Virus record (IMG/VR): IMGVR_UViG_3300024324_000416
Span: 14,440 to 78,439 of that record
DNA: 64,000 bases
Strand: one strand, 5' to 3'
Origin: a virus
Shown here: positions 18,604 to 28,552 of the stretch, piece by piece
How the letters are laid out: every line of letters begins with the position of its first letter
Numbering within the stretch: the first letter of the stretch is position 1
Made by a program: the position numbers and the translations under genes
Notes under the pieces: model-generated
Database searches by the model: none
The model's input: only the letters and a program-made list of their open reading frames with translations
Told to the model about the DNA's origin: nothing

Positions 18604-18688
18604 AATTGTGGTATAATATACAACGAGGAAACACCCCTAACCGTAGTGTATCTCCAATACATTACACAATAAAAGAGGTGAAAAAATT

Positions 18689-19525
18689 ATGGCAGTAAAT
18701 TCGTACAAGCGTGGTGACTCCAAGAACATCATCGTCGGTGCAGCAGCACTATTTGTTCATTCAAGTGGTCCGCTACCCGATCCCGCTACCGCTGACATGC
18801 CAGCCTTTGCAGATGAGTCCTACAAGGATACTCTGATGAGCACAGGTGGCGAGAAGTGGCGCAACGTTGGATACACCCAAAATGGTATGGAAATCACCAT
18901 CACACCTGACTTCGGTGAGGTTGAGGTTGATCAGTTGCTAGACTCCGCTAAGATCTTCAAGCAGGGTATGGAGGTTATGCTTAACACAACCTTCGCAGAG
19001 GCTACTCTAGAGAACCTTCTCTACGCAATCGCCGCAAGCCCAGCCGATCTTAACTACGGTCTTACCGCAAGGGATGCCGACACAGGTCTACCTGATACTT
19101 ACTCAGGTGTCCGTGACGACTCCCTTAACGATGGTCAGCATGATAGCACTGGTGTTGGTGCAGCAGGTATCTCAGCCTCAACAGAGGGTGAGGGTCTAGT
19201 TGCAGCAACCGCAGGTTACGTCTCAGGCGTTACTGACGGTCTAGACATGTTGGAAATCAACGCTGGTAACCTTGGTGAGTGCCCAATTGAGCGTGCTCTT
19301 TGCGCCGTTGGACCAGGCACAGGTGACTGTGAGGTAGGTTCCGAGATTGAGCGTATCTACGTTGCATTCCGTGCACTTAGCATGGATGCAGTAACCGTCT
19401 CAGTTTCTCGTGACGCTGCATCAACATTCGATGCCAACTTCCGTTTGCTACCTGCAAACAATGGTTCATACGGACGTATCATCGACCGCACCTACTCAAT
19501 TTCAGGTGTACCAACAATTTCATAA
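18689..19525 (+). CDS. Major tail (tube) protein
   Basis: NIIVGAA, WRNVGYTQNG, EVEVDQLLD, AEATLENL motifs; SD GAGGTG; followed by a terminator. Confidence 0.85.
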   Translation: MAVNSYKRGDSKNIIVGAAALFVHSSGPLPDPATADMPAFADESYKDTLMSTGGEKWRNVGYTQNGMEITITPDFGEVEVDQLLDSAKIFKQGMEVMLNTTFAEATLENLLYAIAASPADLNYGLTARDADTGLPDTYSGVRDDSLNDGQHDSTGVGAAGISASTEGEGLVAATAGYVSGVTDGLDMLEINAGNLGECPIERALCAVGPGTGDCEVGSEIERIYVAFRALSMDAVTVSVSRDAASTFDANFRLLPANNGSYGRIIDRTYSISGVPTIS

Positions 19526-19551
19526 TAAAACATACAACATAATAAACCGCA

Positions 19552-19578
19552 GCCCCCGTCCCTATTGGGCGGGGGTTT
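19552..19578 (+). terminator. Terminator hairpin
   Basis: GCCCCCGTCC...GGGCGGGGGT followed by TT. Confidence 0.7.
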
Positions 19579-19637
19579 CGGTGTGTGGTATAATGGGGGT
19601 AGGCAAAAAAGCCTATACTACTACTTTAAGGAATAAA

Positions 19638-19970
19638 ATGGCTACAACAGTTTATGAAACAACTGAGATTGAGTTGCTTGACGGCACCAAGATTTCTATG
19701 CGTCCACTCAAGATTTCACTACTTCGTGAGTTTATGAAGAAGTTTGGTGAGATCGCAGAGGTTGCAGATGATAACGACAAGAGCATGGATGTTCTACTTG
19801 ATTGTGTCCAGATTGCTATGAAGCAATACTCTCCTGATCTCTCTGATGACCGTGAGCGTCTAGAAGATTCAATTGACCTACCCTCTGTCTACAAGGTTGT
19901 AGAAGCCGCATCAGGCATTAAGTTTGATGAAGTGGGAAACCCAGCGGCGGGACTACCTGGGACGAACTAG
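19638..19970 (+). CDS. Tail assembly chaperone (gpG-like)
   Basis: Between major tail and tape measure; SD AAGGA; slippery site near the 3' end. Confidence 0.8.
   Translation: MATTVYETTEIELLDGTKISMRPLKISLLREFMKKFGEIAEVADDNDKSMDVLLDCVQIAMKQYSPDLSDDRERLEDSIDLPSVYKVVEAASGIKFDEVGNPAAGLPGTN
19934..19940 (+). other. -1 programmed ribosomal frameshift site G GGA AAC
   Basis: X XXY YYZ heptamer in the correct frame; the -1 frame is open to 20371. Confidence 0.85.
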
Positions 19971-20371
19971 ATCTCGCTGAGTTAGAGTCGCAAGTTTTCC
20001 TATCAGGTATATGGAAAAACTTTGAAGAGTTAGAAGACAGCCTATGCATGGCTGAACTTATTATGATATTGGAAAGTATGCGTGAGCAGGAGTACAATGA
20101 TAAAAAGTTTGCGGCAGCCATGCAGGGAGTTGATCTAGATAAAGAGACAGGTAGAAGGCCGCAGCCAAAGAAAGCAGAACAAAAGAAAGCATCCACCTTT
20201 GAGGACATTCAGGCTCGTGTTTCATCGGGTGGTGCGGCTAAAGATGCTAATGACATTCTTTCTTTGCAGGGAAGGTACGGAGCACAAAAAGGTTTCCAAA
20301 TGGGCAAAGATATGGGATATGCAAGGTTCACTCAAGGCGATGAAAATGCTCCCTCAAATCCCTTAGGATAA
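19934..20371 (+). CDS. Tail assembly chaperone frameshift extension (gpT-like)
   Basis: -1 frame GKPSGGTTWDELDLAELESQVFL...LCMAELIM is continuous with the 20048 ORF. Confidence 0.8.
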   Translation, partial: GKPSGGTTWDELDLAELESQVFLSGIWKNFEELEDSLCMAELIMILESMREQEYNDKKFAAAMQGVDLDKETGRRPQPKKAEQKKASTFEDIQARVSSGGAAKDANDILSLQGRYGAQKGFQMGKDMGYARFTQGDENAPSNPLG

Positions 20372-20412
20372 AAACTCTCTATGGTATAATGAACCATGGA
20401 GATGCCTGAATA

Positions 20413-23400
20413 ATGAGTGATACAGACGCTAATATCAGAATCAATATTGAGACTGCCAAAGCGCAGGCTCAACTCCGTGCGTTGCAGACTCAGGTAGCAA
20501 CTCTACAGAAGACCATGGCGGGTACCTCCATGGCAAATATGGGGGTAGCAGGAGCAGGTTTAGCAGCCTCCATGCCCCAACTTAAAGGCTTTAATAATGA
20601 AATTGTTACAATGGCCTCCAACACAAAGTTGTTGGACAAATCACTTGCAGGGGCATCACGAGGTATCTCTGATTCATTTACCACGATGCGTCAGTCCATT
20701 ACAAAAACTGGTACAGCCTATGATTTGGCGGTACAAAAAGCAAATCTCCTAAATAGGAAATACAAAGAGGTAGGCAGAAACCTTGATGGAATGTCTACAG
20801 TTGTCAGAAGTTCACCAATTAAGAGCATGGCGACGGATTCGCAAATTGCCACACAGCGTTTGTCTATCTTTAACAGGGCATTGCAGCAGGGATCTACCTC
20901 TATTCTCAACTGGGGTAAGAACATGCAATGGGCAGGCCGTCAGTTGATGGTTGGCTTTACCGTTCCTTTGACTATTGCCGCAGGTCTGGCAGCCAAAGCA
21001 TTTATGGATCTTGAGCGTGAGGTTATTAACTTCAAGAGGGTCTATGGTGACTTTGATACTTCTATTAATGAAACCAACGCAATGGCAGATGCCGTACAAG
21101 AATTAGCAATTGAGATGACTCGCCTAGGCTTCACAGCAAAAGAAACCACAGGTCTAGCAGCAGACGCAGCCGCTACAGGTTTGGTAGGAGATGAACTACT
21201 TAACGTAACAAGGCAAGCAACCAATTTGGCTACCTTGGGTATGATTAGTCAGGATCAAGCCCTAAACACAATGATCTCTCTAAACTCTGCATTTAAGATT
21301 CAGGGTCAAGAACTAGAGGACACCGTAAACTTCCTCAACGCTGTTGAGAACCAAACTGTCTTAGCACTCTCTGACGTTACAGAGTCTATTCCTTTAGTTG
21401 CTCCTGTTATTCAGGGTCTTGGTGGCGACATTCAAGACCTAGCAGTTATGCTTACCGCTATGCGTGAGGGCGGCATTGGAGCAAATGAGGCAGCCAACGC
21501 ACTCAAAACATCTCTAGCACGGTTGATCACCCCAGCAAAGGCGGCACGGGATAGAGCAGGGGAACTAGGCATCAACCTAAATGCAATCGTAGAAGATAAT
21601 GAGGGAGACCTCATGGGCATGATTAATTCTTTGGCTCAGGCCATGGAGGGTCTGTCTGATTTAGATACCCAGAAACTACTATCTGATCTATTTGGTAAGC
21701 GTCAGTTTGCTAGGATGGGTGCTCTCTTTACTAACATCGCTGATGACGCATCACAGGCACAACGAGTTATTGAATTGACTACCACATCTACCGCAGAACT
21801 TGCAGCACTAGCAGACAGAGAGTTAGGTGAAATTGCAGGGTCTTCAACAATGAGATTCACCTCTGCACTAGAACAACTTAAAGTTGCTATTGCTCCAATT
21901 GGCGAGGCTGTATTAAAACTTATTACACCAGTTCTTGAGTTCGGTACAAAAGTTGCAAACTGGTTTAATGACCTTGGAGATAATGCAAAGAAAGCCCTAG
22001 GTTTTCTTACAGTAGGTATCGGTGTAGTTATCCCTGGTCTAGTTATGTTTATTGGTTTGATGGGTAACTTGACAGGTATTCTGCTAAAAGGATTCCAAAC
22101 CATACTGAACCTTGTTCCAGCACTTAGGAATTTGGGTGGAGGTGCTGAGTACCTATCCAATGAACAACTAGAGGCAGCAAATGCAGCGGCACAATTGAAT
22201 ACACAAGAGTCAGTTCTCAATAGCACTTTAAGTGCACAAGCAACAATTGTAGGAAACCTAGTTGGTCAATACAATGCACTAGCAACTAGCATGAGAGGTG
22301 TACCTGGCGGGGCAGGCCCAGCAGGAAAGCCACCAGTAAAGATGGCTACAGGAGGTAACGTACCAGGATCAGGCACGGGAGATAGGGTTCCTGCACTCTT
22401 GACTCCTGGTGAGTTTGTTGTAAAGAAGAGTCAGGCAGACAAGCACCGTGGATTCTTATCGGCACTTAATGGTGGATCAGTTAAAGGCTTTAATGAAGGG
22501 GGGTCAGTACAGGTTGGCGGTAGAACCGTTCCAGTAGGATTTGATATAGGAGCATTAGACACTCGTGCATTGGAAAAAAAGATTGCAAAGGCGTTAGAGT
22601 GGGGAGTTTCGGAAGCAGACATAGAAAGAATTATTGCACAATCTGTTGAGCAGGGTGTCACTCAGGGAATGAGCAGTAAAGAGGGCACCAAGCAAGTATC
22701 AGAGGGTATGGCAAAAGAGTTGGGGCGAGAAGGTCTTGGATCAAGACAAAAGTATAATAAAGATGGGGAACTTTGGACAGAAAAGTCTCACGTTATGGAC
22801 CCCATCCGACTTAGCACAAAAGAAGTGGACGCTTACGCAGAATCTATTAGAGCAAGCGGTGATCAGGCTACTAAGGCTGGTAAGGCACAACTGGAACTTA
22901 TTGATGCAGTTGGAGCATCAAATGTTAAGGTTGAACAACTTGGAGACGCAGTATTAGATCTTCCATCGGCAGTAAACCAAAGTCTAAAGGGTGGGGGGCA
23001 AATGTCTGGTAAGGCAGCAAAGACAGCCTTGTTAGACCCAGACGTATTAGCAAATACTTTCAATACGCAAAAAGAGCAATGGGCAAACTACTCTACTGAT
23101 ATGAATTTGTCTCAACAGGAAATTGACTCTGGGTTTGCACAAATTGATGCTGCACAAGCAGAATATGAACAGCATATTCGCAATATTTCTGACGATGCAA
23201 TTGTTGTTGAACAAGCAACTACTGACCTTGGTGAAAATACAGTCGCTCTAAATAAGGTATATGAAAAATCAACACAGAATACAAAGGGTGCATTTAAAGA
23301 ATTCCAAAATGAAATTAAGAAGGGGGGCAAAAACATAAGACTGTCCCTGACAGAAGAAGGAAAGAGAATTGCAAAGGCAAAGGGGTTTGGAACAAAGTCA

Positions 23401-26400
23401 GATGGTGTGTTCCAAACTTCACATGGAAAGGTTGCAAATAGGAGAACATCGACAGCAGCGGGTGCCCTACCAGACAGGGGTCGTCGGGGTAACTCTGCTG
23501 GTGTTACCAACTATCAAACAGTTGCAATGACTCAACGAGGCAAGGCAGCAGCACAAGCATATGAGAAAGGTCTGCAACAAGAATTGAAGGGAAGTGACCC
23601 ATACTTAGCAGCAAGAGATAGAAACAGTCCACATCCACAAGCGGCTATTGATGGGGCAGATGATGCTGATTCATATGAAGCATCACGAAGGGCAGCCTTA
23701 GAGGGTTCTGACCCATACACAGATGCAAAGCAATCAGAAGGTTTGGCTGGATCTCCTAGCCAATCAAATAAAAGACTTGAAGCACTACAGAATAAAAGGG
23801 CAGGAACAACACAGCAAGCAATAGTTGCGGATCAAAAGGTTGTGGCAGCAAGCAATAGGCAGGTTGCAGCACAAAATAGATTTGCCACAGTAACAAACGT
23901 TGCATCTGCTGCAATGACTAATGTTGCTAAGGGTGCTAAAGGATTTGGTAAGGCATTGCTTAAAGGTAGTGGAAAACTATCCGCTGCAACAGGAGCAATG
24001 ACAGGTGTAGTATTTGCGGCATCTATGATTCCTGGTCCGTTACAAGAACTATCACAACAGATCATGCCTGCGACATTTGGATTAATGGCTGTTCAACAAC
24101 TTCTTCCATTGCTAAAGAATCCTTGGGTTGCTCTTGCTGCTGCCGTCGTCGCCGCTGGCGTGGGAATCTGGTATTTAAATAAGACCACACAAGAGGCAGC
24201 AGAAGCATCAGCAAAATATGCAAAGACAATGATGGGTGCAAGAGAAGACATTCAGAAATATTCAGACCAATTTGGAAACCTGTCTAATATTGAAAAAGAG
24301 GCACAAAGAAAAGTACAAAGAGAAACAGGAGAGTCTGTTGATGAAGAGAGTTTGTCTGAGGCAAAAGGATTTATAGAGGCAGAGGTAGGTAAAGAACTAA
24401 TTGAAAGAGTTAAGTCTGCACAGTCTAATGGTGGAGCAGACGAAGCGGCAAGGTCGTTGGCGCAAAACCTAGCAAGACAAATTGGGGCAGGAACCATTAG
24501 CGAAAGTCTTGCTAATGCTATTTCTTATGAGGTTGCAAATGCAGTTGGAGATCAAGATATAGCAATAGATTCTATTATGAACGTAAATGAAATTCTTGGC
24601 CCCAATGGAAATGATTATCTAAAAGATCCTTTGCGAATCACAACAGAACTTTTAACAAGTGGTTGGGACATGGAAGAAGCAATGAACAATGCTGGATTAC
24701 AATGGGATGGTCTATCATGGTATACACAAGTATTTATGATAGCAAAGGGTGATGGTACTGTTGATCTTTTTGCACCACAAGCAGCAGAGTCTGCTATTCA
24801 AGACCTTAAAATAATTGAAGAGGGTGAAGCAGCAATTGCAGAGGCACTTGCAACAGAAGCAATTAATGCAGAAGAAGCAAAGAACCAGTTTGCAGAATTA
24901 GCCAAATTGCGTAGCGAATATTCATCAAATGATGCCCTAAAGGAAGCGCAGACATTGTATGGAGATGATTGGGGAGACGATCAAACAATTCAATTCCAAG
25001 AAAGAATTATCGATAGTTTTAAGTCAAGCGTAAATATGGAACTCGGAAAAGAAAAAGGAGAAGAGTTTGTAGAGGGAATAAACAAAGCAACAGATGATAA
25101 CCTTGCAGCAGTTGATTTCCTTGATCCAAAATCCATGGAAACAGCAAAAGACCAACTAGAAAATTCCCTTGCGTTATGGGAAACAGACTTGGGGATGGCT
25201 ATGGGTCGGGACGACACAGAGGGAATTGCTATTGCTAAAGCAGGAATAGAAGAAATAAACGGGTCTTTGAAAAGTTTAAGAACATATGCAGAAGACCTTC
25301 CAAACGCACTAAATGCCGTTTCATCAGGGTTGATTGATATTGAAGAAGGCATGGATATAGATGACCTCATTGGAAAATGGAAAGAATACAAAGAAGAGAT
25401 TCCTTCTGCTCAATGGCTAATGGGACAACTTGAACCAGAGAAACCTTTGTATGAGGCAATTTTTGGTGATGATGCACTACTTGGAATGCCCGAAGAAAAG
25501 GCTAACGAGTTGAAAGAAAATATGACTACTGCAATGATTGAAGTAACGCAAGCAGGAGGAGATATTGATGATTTGTTTGCAATGATGGACGGTGACCTGC
25601 AAGCAACTGCCGCCGCTGCTAAAGAATTTGGACACATATTTAGTGAAGAATTTGACAACCTTCCAAAGAAACAACAAACAGACTTTATTCTTAATTTTGC
25701 TACAGACACTTTAGGGTGGAGCGACGAACTTGTTGCTTGGTTTGAGGCTCAAGATCCGAATACACAAAAGGAGTTCCTCCTTACTGTTATGACTAAGTAT
25801 GAAGAATACGGAACTCCTAGTGCGGCGATGGCTCTTGCCGACGACGATCCATGGACGGCACGATGGATCCATCGACAAAACCCCTCTGATTTGATACGCC
25901 AAGGGGAGACCGACGACGACGGAAAGGATCCCGCTCCAACAAAAACGCCACCGACCAGCAGCGGCAGCAGCGGCGGTAGTGAACCAGAACTAGATTGGCT
26001 AGAGCAACTACTAGAGGATACAAAAGAATCCAAAATACTTTATGGAAAAATCGTAGAAGAAGGAAAGGGCTCGATCATTGCAAGGAAGGGGTACATTCAA
26101 TGGCTAAGAGAAAAAACAGGTCTAACTGAGGAGGCAATACAGGAACTTGCTAAAGACAAGGAAGCCAGAGACAGGTTTAAGGAAATGAGCAAAGCCAAAC
26201 GAGACGAGTATGTTCAGAAGTCTAACAATAATGCTTTCCGTAAAGAACGTGACGACGTAAGGGCTAGAGAAGAAGAAGAGGCAAAGAAGGGAACGGTGCA
26301 AGATGAACTAGGCGACACCCTTCTCAGCCAAACCATTCAAGGCAATGAAACCCTTCTTACCTTGTACAATGGGACAAACGCAGAAAAGAAGAAAGCAACA

Positions 26401-27900
26401 GAACTTGGTCAAAGAATTGTTAATTTGGATTCCACGCAAATAGATCAACAGAAAAAAATTAATGATCAAATTAAGCAGCAAAACGATTACCTGCTATCGC
26501 AAATGAAGGTGTCCAAGATGGTAACATCAATGGCAATTGAGCGTGCTGCCCTTGGCGGTAAGACTCTGAACGATCTCCAAGTTGATAACAATGTTTATAA
26601 TAAAGAGGCAGCATGGATTAGGGCAACACAGATCGAACCACAGGAAGAACTTATTGAAGGACAACAGGATCTTATTGATGGCTACGAAAGAGAAATAGAT
26701 AAGGTACAAGAAGTCATTGATGGCTACGAGAGAGAAGTTGAGCACAAGCAACGCAAGATTGATTTGATGAATCGTGAAGATGAATTGCGTATGCGTGAAT
26801 CAGATATGCTTTCACACGACCTCAAACTTATGGGGTACCAGGAAGAAACAATTAATGATACATACAACGCAAGAATTGATGCATTAACCAAGGTACAGCA
26901 AATAAATCAAAACATTGCTAAGTCTCAGCAGACACAACTAGGATTGTCTGATGCTCTTTCCCGTGGTGATATTGGTGCTGCCGCTCAAGCCGCTGCACAG
27001 ATGCAATCAGAGCAGGCAGATTTTGCAGCACAAGCATTCTCTTCTTCCCTAGAAACAGCAAGAGATTCTGCTGTAAATTCTTTGACGGGACAAGATAGTG
27101 GTCTTACTCGTGATCAAATTGATGATAGGCAACGAGTACTAGAGGAGCAGTCTTACCAAAACAAACTTGCAACATTAGCAATTTCAGATGAGATCTACAA
27201 CATTCAAGAAAAGATCTATGGGCAAGAAGTTTTGATTGAGGCACAGGAAGTTCTTATCTCAGAAGCAAACAAGAATATTCTTGGATATCAAGATCAAATT
27301 GCTTTGATTGAAGATGGTCGTCTAAAAACTATTGAGGATATTGTTAAAGAAAACGATAAGCAACTTGCTTTTGCTGAGTGGCAGATAGCAGCAGGCACAG
27401 CAGAGCACGACAAGGCAATTGGTCGGGCAGAGCAAGAGTTCAAGGCATTAGAGGACATTAATAATCTAGAACTTAAGAGTCTAGAAATAGAAGAGGCACA
27501 GGGCGTACAGATTAAGCAAAACCTAGATCTTATGAACTCTTTCGGAAAAGCGACAGCAAGAGCAATGAAGGCCATAAAGTCAGGAGAATTTGATCCTGTT
27601 AAGTACAGCGAAAAGGTAGGAAAGCAGTCAGCAGCACTTGCCAAGCAAATGTCATCAATTTCCTTTGACGCAACCAAGTATGAGGGTATGATTGGACCAA
27701 AGACAACAGCATCTTTTAACGTATCTCAAACAGCCTCCCCAGTCTCATCTGGTATAATGGGTGGTATAGCAGGAAACGTAACAAACAACTTTATGAATAA
27801 CAGCGTAAGGGTAGATGCAGCAGGAGCAAATGCCAACGAAGTAGCAGACATTGTTATCCGTAGGTTGGAAATAGACAAGACGAAGAATACAGGAGGATAG
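20413..27900 (+). CDS. Tape measure protein
   Basis: 2495 aa, Ala/Glu-rich helical; WGKNMQWAGRQLMVGFTVP and ATGG.VPG.GTGD.VPALLTPGEFVV motifs; TM-like segments. Confidence 0.92.
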   Translation: MSDTDANIRINIETAKAQAQLRALQTQVATLQKTMAGTSMANMGVAGAGLAASMPQLKGFNNEIVTMASNTKLLDKSLAGASRGISDSFTTMRQSITKTGTAYDLAVQKANLLNRKYKEVGRNLDGMSTVVRSSPIKSMATDSQIATQRLSIFNRALQQGSTSILNWGKNMQWAGRQLMVGFTVPLTIAAGLAAKAFMDLEREVINFKRVYGDFDTSINETNAMADAVQELAIEMTRLGFTAKETTGLAADAAATGLVGDELLNVTRQATNLATLGMISQDQALNTMISLNSAFKIQGQELEDTVNFLNAVENQTVLALSDVTESIPLVAPVIQGLGGDIQDLAVMLTAMREGGIGANEAANALKTSLARLITPAKAARDRAGELGINLNAIVEDNEGDLMGMINSLAQAMEGLSDLDTQKLLSDLFGKRQFARMGALFTNIADDASQAQRVIELTTTSTAELAALADRELGEIAGSSTMRFTSALEQLKVAIAPIGEAVLKLITPVLEFGTKVANWFNDLGDNAKKALGFLTVGIGVVIPGLVMFIGLMGNLTGILLKGFQTILNLVPALRNLGGGAEYLSNEQLEAANAAAQLNTQESVLNSTLSAQATIVGNLVGQYNALATSMRGVPGGAGPAGKPPVKMATGGNVPGSGTGDRVPALLTPGEFVVKKSQADKHRGFLSALNGGSVKGFNEGGSVQVGGRTVPVGFDIGALDTRALEKKIAKALEWGVSEADIERIIAQSVEQGVTQGMSSKEGTKQVSEGMAKELGREGLGSRQKYNKDGELWTEKSHVMDPIRLSTKEVDAYAESIRASGDQATKAGKAQLELIDAVGASNVKVEQLGDAVLDLPSAVNQSLKGGGQMSGKAAKTALLDPDVLANTFNTQKEQWANYSTDMNLSQQEIDSGFAQIDAAQAEYEQHIRNISDDAIVVEQATTDLGENTVALNKVYEKSTQNTKGAFKEFQNEIKKGGKNIRLSLTEEGKRIAKAKGFGTKSDGVFQTSHGKVANRRTSTAAGALPDRGRRGNSAGVTNYQTVAMTQRGKAAAQAYEKGLQQELKGSDPYLAARDRNSPHPQAAIDGADDADSYEASRRAALEGSDPYTDAKQSEGLAGSPSQSNKRLEALQNKRAGTTQQAIVADQKVVAASNRQVAAQNRFATVTNVASAAMTNVAKGAKGFGKALLKGSGKLSAATGAMTGVVFAASMIPGPLQELSQQIMPATFGLMAVQQLLPLLKNPWVALAAAVVAAGVGIWYLNKTTQEAAEASAKYAKTMMGAREDIQKYSDQFGNLSNIEKEAQRKVQRETGESVDEESLSEAKGFIEAEVGKELIERVKSAQSNGGADEAARSLAQNLARQIGAGTISESLANAISYEVANAVGDQDIAIDSIMNVNEILGPNGNDYLKDPLRITTELLTSGWDMEEAMNNAGLQWDGLSWYTQVFMIAKGDGTVDLFAPQAAESAIQDLKIIEEGEAAIAEALATEAINAEEAKNQFAELAKLRSEYSSNDALKEAQTLYGDDWGDDQTIQFQERIIDSFKSSVNMELGKEKGEEFVEGINKATDDNLAAVDFLDPKSMETAKDQLENSLALWETDLGMAMGRDDTEGIAIAKAGIEEINGSLKSLRTYAEDLPNALNAVSSGLIDIEEGMDIDDLIGKWKEYKEEIPSAQWLMGQLEPEKPLYEAIFGDDALLGMPEEKANELKENMTTAMIEVTQAGGDIDDLFAMMDGDLQATAAAAKEFGHIFSEEFDNLPKKQQTDFILNFATDTLGWSDELVAWFEAQDPNTQKEFLLTVMTKYEEYGTPSAAMALADDDPWTARWIHRQNPSDLIRQGETDDDGKDPAPTKTPPTSSGSSGGSEPELDWLEQLLEDTKESKILYGKIVEEGKGSIIARKGYIQWLREKTGLTEEAIQELAKDKEARDRFKEMSKAKRDEYVQKSNNNAFRKERDDVRAREEEEAKKGTVQDELGDTLLSQTIQGNETLLTLYNGTNAEKKKATELGQRIVNLDSTQIDQQKKINDQIKQQNDYLLSQMKVSKMVTSMAIERAALGGKTLNDLQVDNNVYNKEAAWIRATQIEPQEELIEGQQDLIDGYEREIDKVQEVIDGYEREVEHKQRKIDLMNREDELRMRESDMLSHDLKLMGYQEETINDTYNARIDALTKVQQINQNIAKSQQTQLGLSDALSRGDIGAAAQAAAQMQSEQADFAAQAFSSSLETARDSAVNSLTGQDSGLTRDQIDDRQRVLEEQSYQNKLATLAISDEIYNIQEKIYGQEVLIEAQEVLISEANKNILGYQDQIALIEDGRLKTIEDIVKENDKQLAFAEWQIAAGTAEHDKAIGRAEQEFKALEDINNLELKSLEIEEAQGVQIKQNLDLMNSFGKATARAMKAIKSGEFDPVKYSEKVGKQSAALAKQMSSISFDATKYEGMIGPKTTASFNVSQTASPVSSGIMGGIAGNVTNNFMNNSVRVDAAGANANEVADIVIRRLEIDKTKNTGG

Positions 27901-27901
27901 A

Positions 27902-28552
27902 ATGGCTGGACTATATGGACCCACAGTTACAACTGGCTTGGGAAACTCCTACATTGATAATCGCAAACGCTGGAACCGACCACAGGCTATGTTGTGGTCA
28001 AACAATCCTGGCGAGGTTGTGAAGTCTGGTCAGTATTCTGGATCAACATATCCTTTGGGGCAAGAAGGGGTAGACTTCATCGTTGTCTCTGATCATAGCA
28101 GATCCCCTATCTCAATGGACTTTCAAAGAATAGAAAATAGAATGCGTATGGTAAATGGTAATATGAGGTCATACCATACAGCAGACAAGTTAGCAATCAA
28201 CTGTTCTTGGGGATTGCTGCCTTCACGATCATATCACAACAAAACAACATACGCTATGGATGGATCACGCACACCCGCAGGAGGATGTGAGTATACAGCA
28301 GACGGAGGTGCTGGTGGGGTAGATATGGTAAATTGGTACAGAAATACCAAAGGACCAATGTGGGTGTTTCTGTCATACGATAACTTTGATAAGTATGTTG
28401 ACGAGAATGGAACTCCAAGTGGAAACGAAATGGAAATGCTAAACTATTTCCCTGATAGGTATCAGATGTTCTTTTCCTCATTTAACTTCTCTATTGAGAA
28501 GCGGGGCATTTACGATATGTGGAATGTATCTGTGAGTCTGGACGAAGCATAA
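27902..28552 (+). CDS. Distal tail-like protein
   Basis: Directly after tape measure; RMVNGNMRSY ... WNVSVSLDE. Confidence 0.6.
   Translation: MAGLYGPTVTTGLGNSYIDNRKRWNRPQAMLWSNNPGEVVKSGQYSGSTYPLGQEGVDFIVVSDHSRSPISMDFQRIENRMRMVNGNMRSYHTADKLAINCSWGLLPSRSYHNKTTYAMDGSRTPAGGCEYTADGGAGGVDMVNWYRNTKGPMWVFLSYDNFDKYVDENGTPSGNEMEMLNYFPDRYQMFFSSFNFSIEKRGIYDMWNVSVSLDEA

Noticed and set aside
27750-27758. GGTATAAT inside the tape-measure 3' end (also 38771 in primase)
   Set aside because: Could be internal promoters, but they lie within coding sequence more than 100 nt from the next start; not supportable
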